IMG/VR virus record: IMGVR_UViG_3300042324_002041
Span: 1-36,640 of that record
DNA: 36,640 nt
Direction: 5' to 3' (one strand)
Source of the DNA: a virus
Taxonomy: Duplodnaviria > Caudoviricetes
The notes beneath the pieces are model-generated. The model saw only the letters and a list, made by a program, of their open reading frames with translations. It was not told the origin of the DNA and searched no databases. The stretch's first letter is position 1, and each line of letters opens with the position of its first letter. Shown piece by piece: positions 36,024 through 36,640 of the stretch. The translations under genes and the position numbers were made by a program.

Positions 36024-36024
36024 A

Positions 36025-36231
36025 TTATTCGAATGGATTAATTTCTAACGGAGTATCTTCTTCTACAGTTTTATTTATATAAAAATCGCAAGCATTACAA
36101 ACCTCTTCTGTCAATCCATGAATACCTCTTTCTAAACAGTAGTATCCAACAGATCTTTTAGACTGACAACAAGAAGGTCCATATTCAACTTGATCTTGAG
36201 ATCTGTGCGAACATGTTTCTAATTTGGACAT
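36025..36231 (-). CDS. Small Cys-rich protein
   Basis: 68 aa with C..H, CC, C and CxxC. Confidence 0.6.
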   Translation of the reverse strand: MSKLETCSHRSQDQVEYGPSCCQSKRSVGYYCLERGIHGLTEEVCNACDFYINKTVEEDTPLEINPFE

Positions 36232-36237
36232 AAATCA

Positions 36238-36474
36238 TTAAATAATAGAATTTTTAGAAACTTTTACCAAAGACTGATCATTTACATTAATAAATGTCAC
36301 ATAATTTTCAGTGATGCGAACAATCTTTGCACAATAGCTTTTTTCTCCACGAGAAGAACGGGTCTTGAGTCCAATAAAGCGCCCCTTATGATTTAGATAA
36401 TAAGGAAGCTTTTCAGCTTCGCAAGATTTTTGAGCATTTACGGTATTATTTTTTTCTTTATTTACTTTTTTCAT
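36238..36474 (-). CDS. Hypothetical protein
   Basis: 78-aa ORF, first gene after the promoter. Confidence 0.6.
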   Translation of the reverse strand: MKKVNKEKNNTVNAQKSCEAEKLPYYLNHKGRFIGLKTRSSRGEKSYCAKIVRITENYVTFINVNDQSLVKVSKNSII

Positions 36475-36519
36475 ATTACAATAAACCTATTTAAGGTTTT
36501 AAATTTTTACTAGAGATTC

Positions 36520-36547
36520 AAACTAGCACACTAATAGATTTTGTCAA
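36520..36547 (-). promoter_or_regulatory. Sigma70-type promoter heading the replication operon
   Basis: TTGACA (36547-36542), 16 bp, TGc-TAGTTT (36525-36520); shares TTAGTGTGnTAG with the tRNA promoter. Confidence 0.65.
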
Positions 36548-36640
36548 TCAGAAAATTTAAAGATTGAAAGCTTTTAATGTTAAAGCGAATGGTTCTCCAT
36601 CTATATTTTTAACAAGATTTAACATTTCTAAAGCTAATAG

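Overview
AT-rich segment of a large tailed bacteriophage genome. Apart from one HNH gene, every supported gene is on the minus strand. Read in transcription order (right to left), there is first a replication/recombination block: RecA-like protein, two paralogous Vsr/DUF559-like nucleases, an RNAP alpha-CTD-like protein, DnaB, DnaG, a Cas4/RecB-like nuclease, SSB, a putative annealing protein and a small sigma factor. Its DNA polymerase III alpha (DnaE) is encoded in three pieces: a stand-alone PHP gene, a catalytic core ending in an N-intein, and a C-intein fused to the C-terminal domains. A free-standing LAGLIDADG endonuclease lies between the two intein halves, and a DnaQ-like exonuclease gene lies between PHP and core. 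Next come GT4 and GT9-like genes, dCMP deaminase, an RNA ligase and a six-gene glycan-modification cluster. The left end holds many small accessory genes, a phage tmRNA with a long non-canonical tag and an altered T-loop, an HNH gene inserted between the tmRNA and its probable terminator, and three tRNAs (Arg-UCU, short-arm Leu-UAA, Ile2/Met-CAU). Several sigma70-type promoters have a 16-bp spacer and appear to start leaderless mRNAs. All family calls come from motifs recognised by eye, not from database searches.
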